From a virus (Duplodnaviria > Caudoviricetes), in IMG/VR virus record IMGVR_UViG_3300032330_001895, positions 1-25,990 of that record: a DNA stretch of 25,990 nucleotides. One strand, 5' to 3'. This document shows positions 25,192 through 25,990 of this stretch, piece by piece. A program made the translations under genes and the position numbers. The notes under the pieces were generated by a model. The model searched no databases. It worked only from the letters and a program-made list of their open reading frames with translations, and was not told the DNA's origin. The first letter of the stretch is position 1, and each line of letters opens with the position of its first letter.

Positions 25192-25989
25192 TTATAGTCC
25201 TCTAACTATAGATTTAACAATCCAAGTTCCCGTTGACGCTGATGCTCGTAAAACCGCACTTGAACCTGATATCACATAACCGAATGTTAATGGTGTTGTA
25301 ACACCAATATCGTTTGTTGATGTTTCAGTAAAATTAACGGATGTTCCACTCCATATTGCCATAATATTACCCGCTCTTAATCCTGTACTACCCGATACGT
25401 TATAATCAACATATGAACTGGTATAAGCACTTGTGGGAAATGAATAGATTGTCGTACCTGTTGTTGCGGTAATTGGTGAAACACGTATTGTCGTATAAAG
25501 TGATGGAGCTTGGGAACTACCAATAGTTATTGTTGTTGCCGATACTGTAGTCGCAGTTAAACCTGTTCCATATATTGATGTTCCTGAAAACGCCCCGTCA
25601 GCTCTAATGAATGATGTTACAGTTCCCGCAGCGTTTTGTCCTTGTAATAAACTTGTTACATTATCGGCATTACCTGTTCCATTTTTAATTGAGAGTCCAT
25701 CTAATGTTGAGTTAATAACAATCTCAGGATTTGATGAATTATCATAAGCTTGTTGTAATGTAGTTGTTGATATACCTCCAGTACCGGCTAATAACTCACC
25801 AAATTTTGATACAAACCTAAATTGGGCATCACCAGTTGACGATAAATCAGATGCGTCTTCACGAACTGTTAATATACCTATTAATATCCCGTTATCTCTA
25901 TTATTACTATATTCAACAAATACTTCAGTATCTATACCAGCAATGGCGTTTGCCATACTTGAATATGAAAACTGACCATATTGTATTCT
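25192..25989 (-). CDS. Putative fibre/structural protein; the N-terminus lies beyond the right edge
   Basis: The frame stays open upstream of the track's ATG at 25956 (RIQYGQFSYSSMANAIAG...). T/S/G-rich, with a C-terminal YTSSYVDY...RAGNIMAIW...ETSTNDIG beta domain. Confidence 0.7.
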   Translation of the reverse strand, partial: RIQYGQFSYSSMANAIAGIDTEVFVEYSNNRDNGILIGILTVREDASDLSSTGDAQFRFVSKFGELLAGTGGISTTTLQQAYDNSSNPEIVINSTLDGLSIKNGTGNADNVTSLLQGQNAAGTVTSFIRADGAFSGTSIYGTGLTATTVSATTITIGSSQAPSLYTTIRVSPITATTGTTIYSFPTSAYTSSYVDYNVSGSTGLRAGNIMAIWSGTSVNFTETSTNDIGVTTPLTFGYVISGSSAVLRASASTGTWIVKSIVRGL

Positions 25990-25990
25990 A

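Noticed and set aside
25954-25956. Track start codon of the last ORF
   Set aside because: The frame is open to the window edge, so this ATG is probably internal
1-25990. Stop-codon reassignment as in some large phages
   Set aside because: Genes are full-length and tightly packed under code 11; TAG (17663, 22314 region not needed) and TGA (3967) end genes at sensible positions

Overview
This AT-rich window has tightly packed genes and looks like part of a large (jumbo-type) myophage genome. All calls come from motif recognition; no database searches were run. Left to right: a tail sheath gene running off the left edge, tail-completion and neck genes, a SNF2/SMARCAL1-like helicase, a superoxide dismutase fused to a PD-(D/E)XK-like domain, an RHH+HNH endonuclease cassette, and a family B DNA polymerase. 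A long minus-strand block follows, mixing fibre/baseplate-like proteins with an LCIB/theta-type carbonic anhydrase, a pirin, a minimal nucleotidyltransferase and a four-gene glycosylation cluster (GT60, GT25, methyltransferase, HtrL/GT-A fusion). Four genes missed by the ORF track were recovered: the sheath, two RHH proteins and a Zn-ribbon protein. Best leads: (1) a phage-encoded mucin-type O-glycosylation pathway next to a (TP)n-repeat virion protein; (2) a carbonic anhydrase with a structural-type N-terminal domain in a late fibre operon; (3) a SOD-nuclease polyprotein with L/I-x-E sites at its domain borders; (4) an H-type pseudoknot in the polB leader; (5) a TATTTAT late-promoter-like motif before ten genes.
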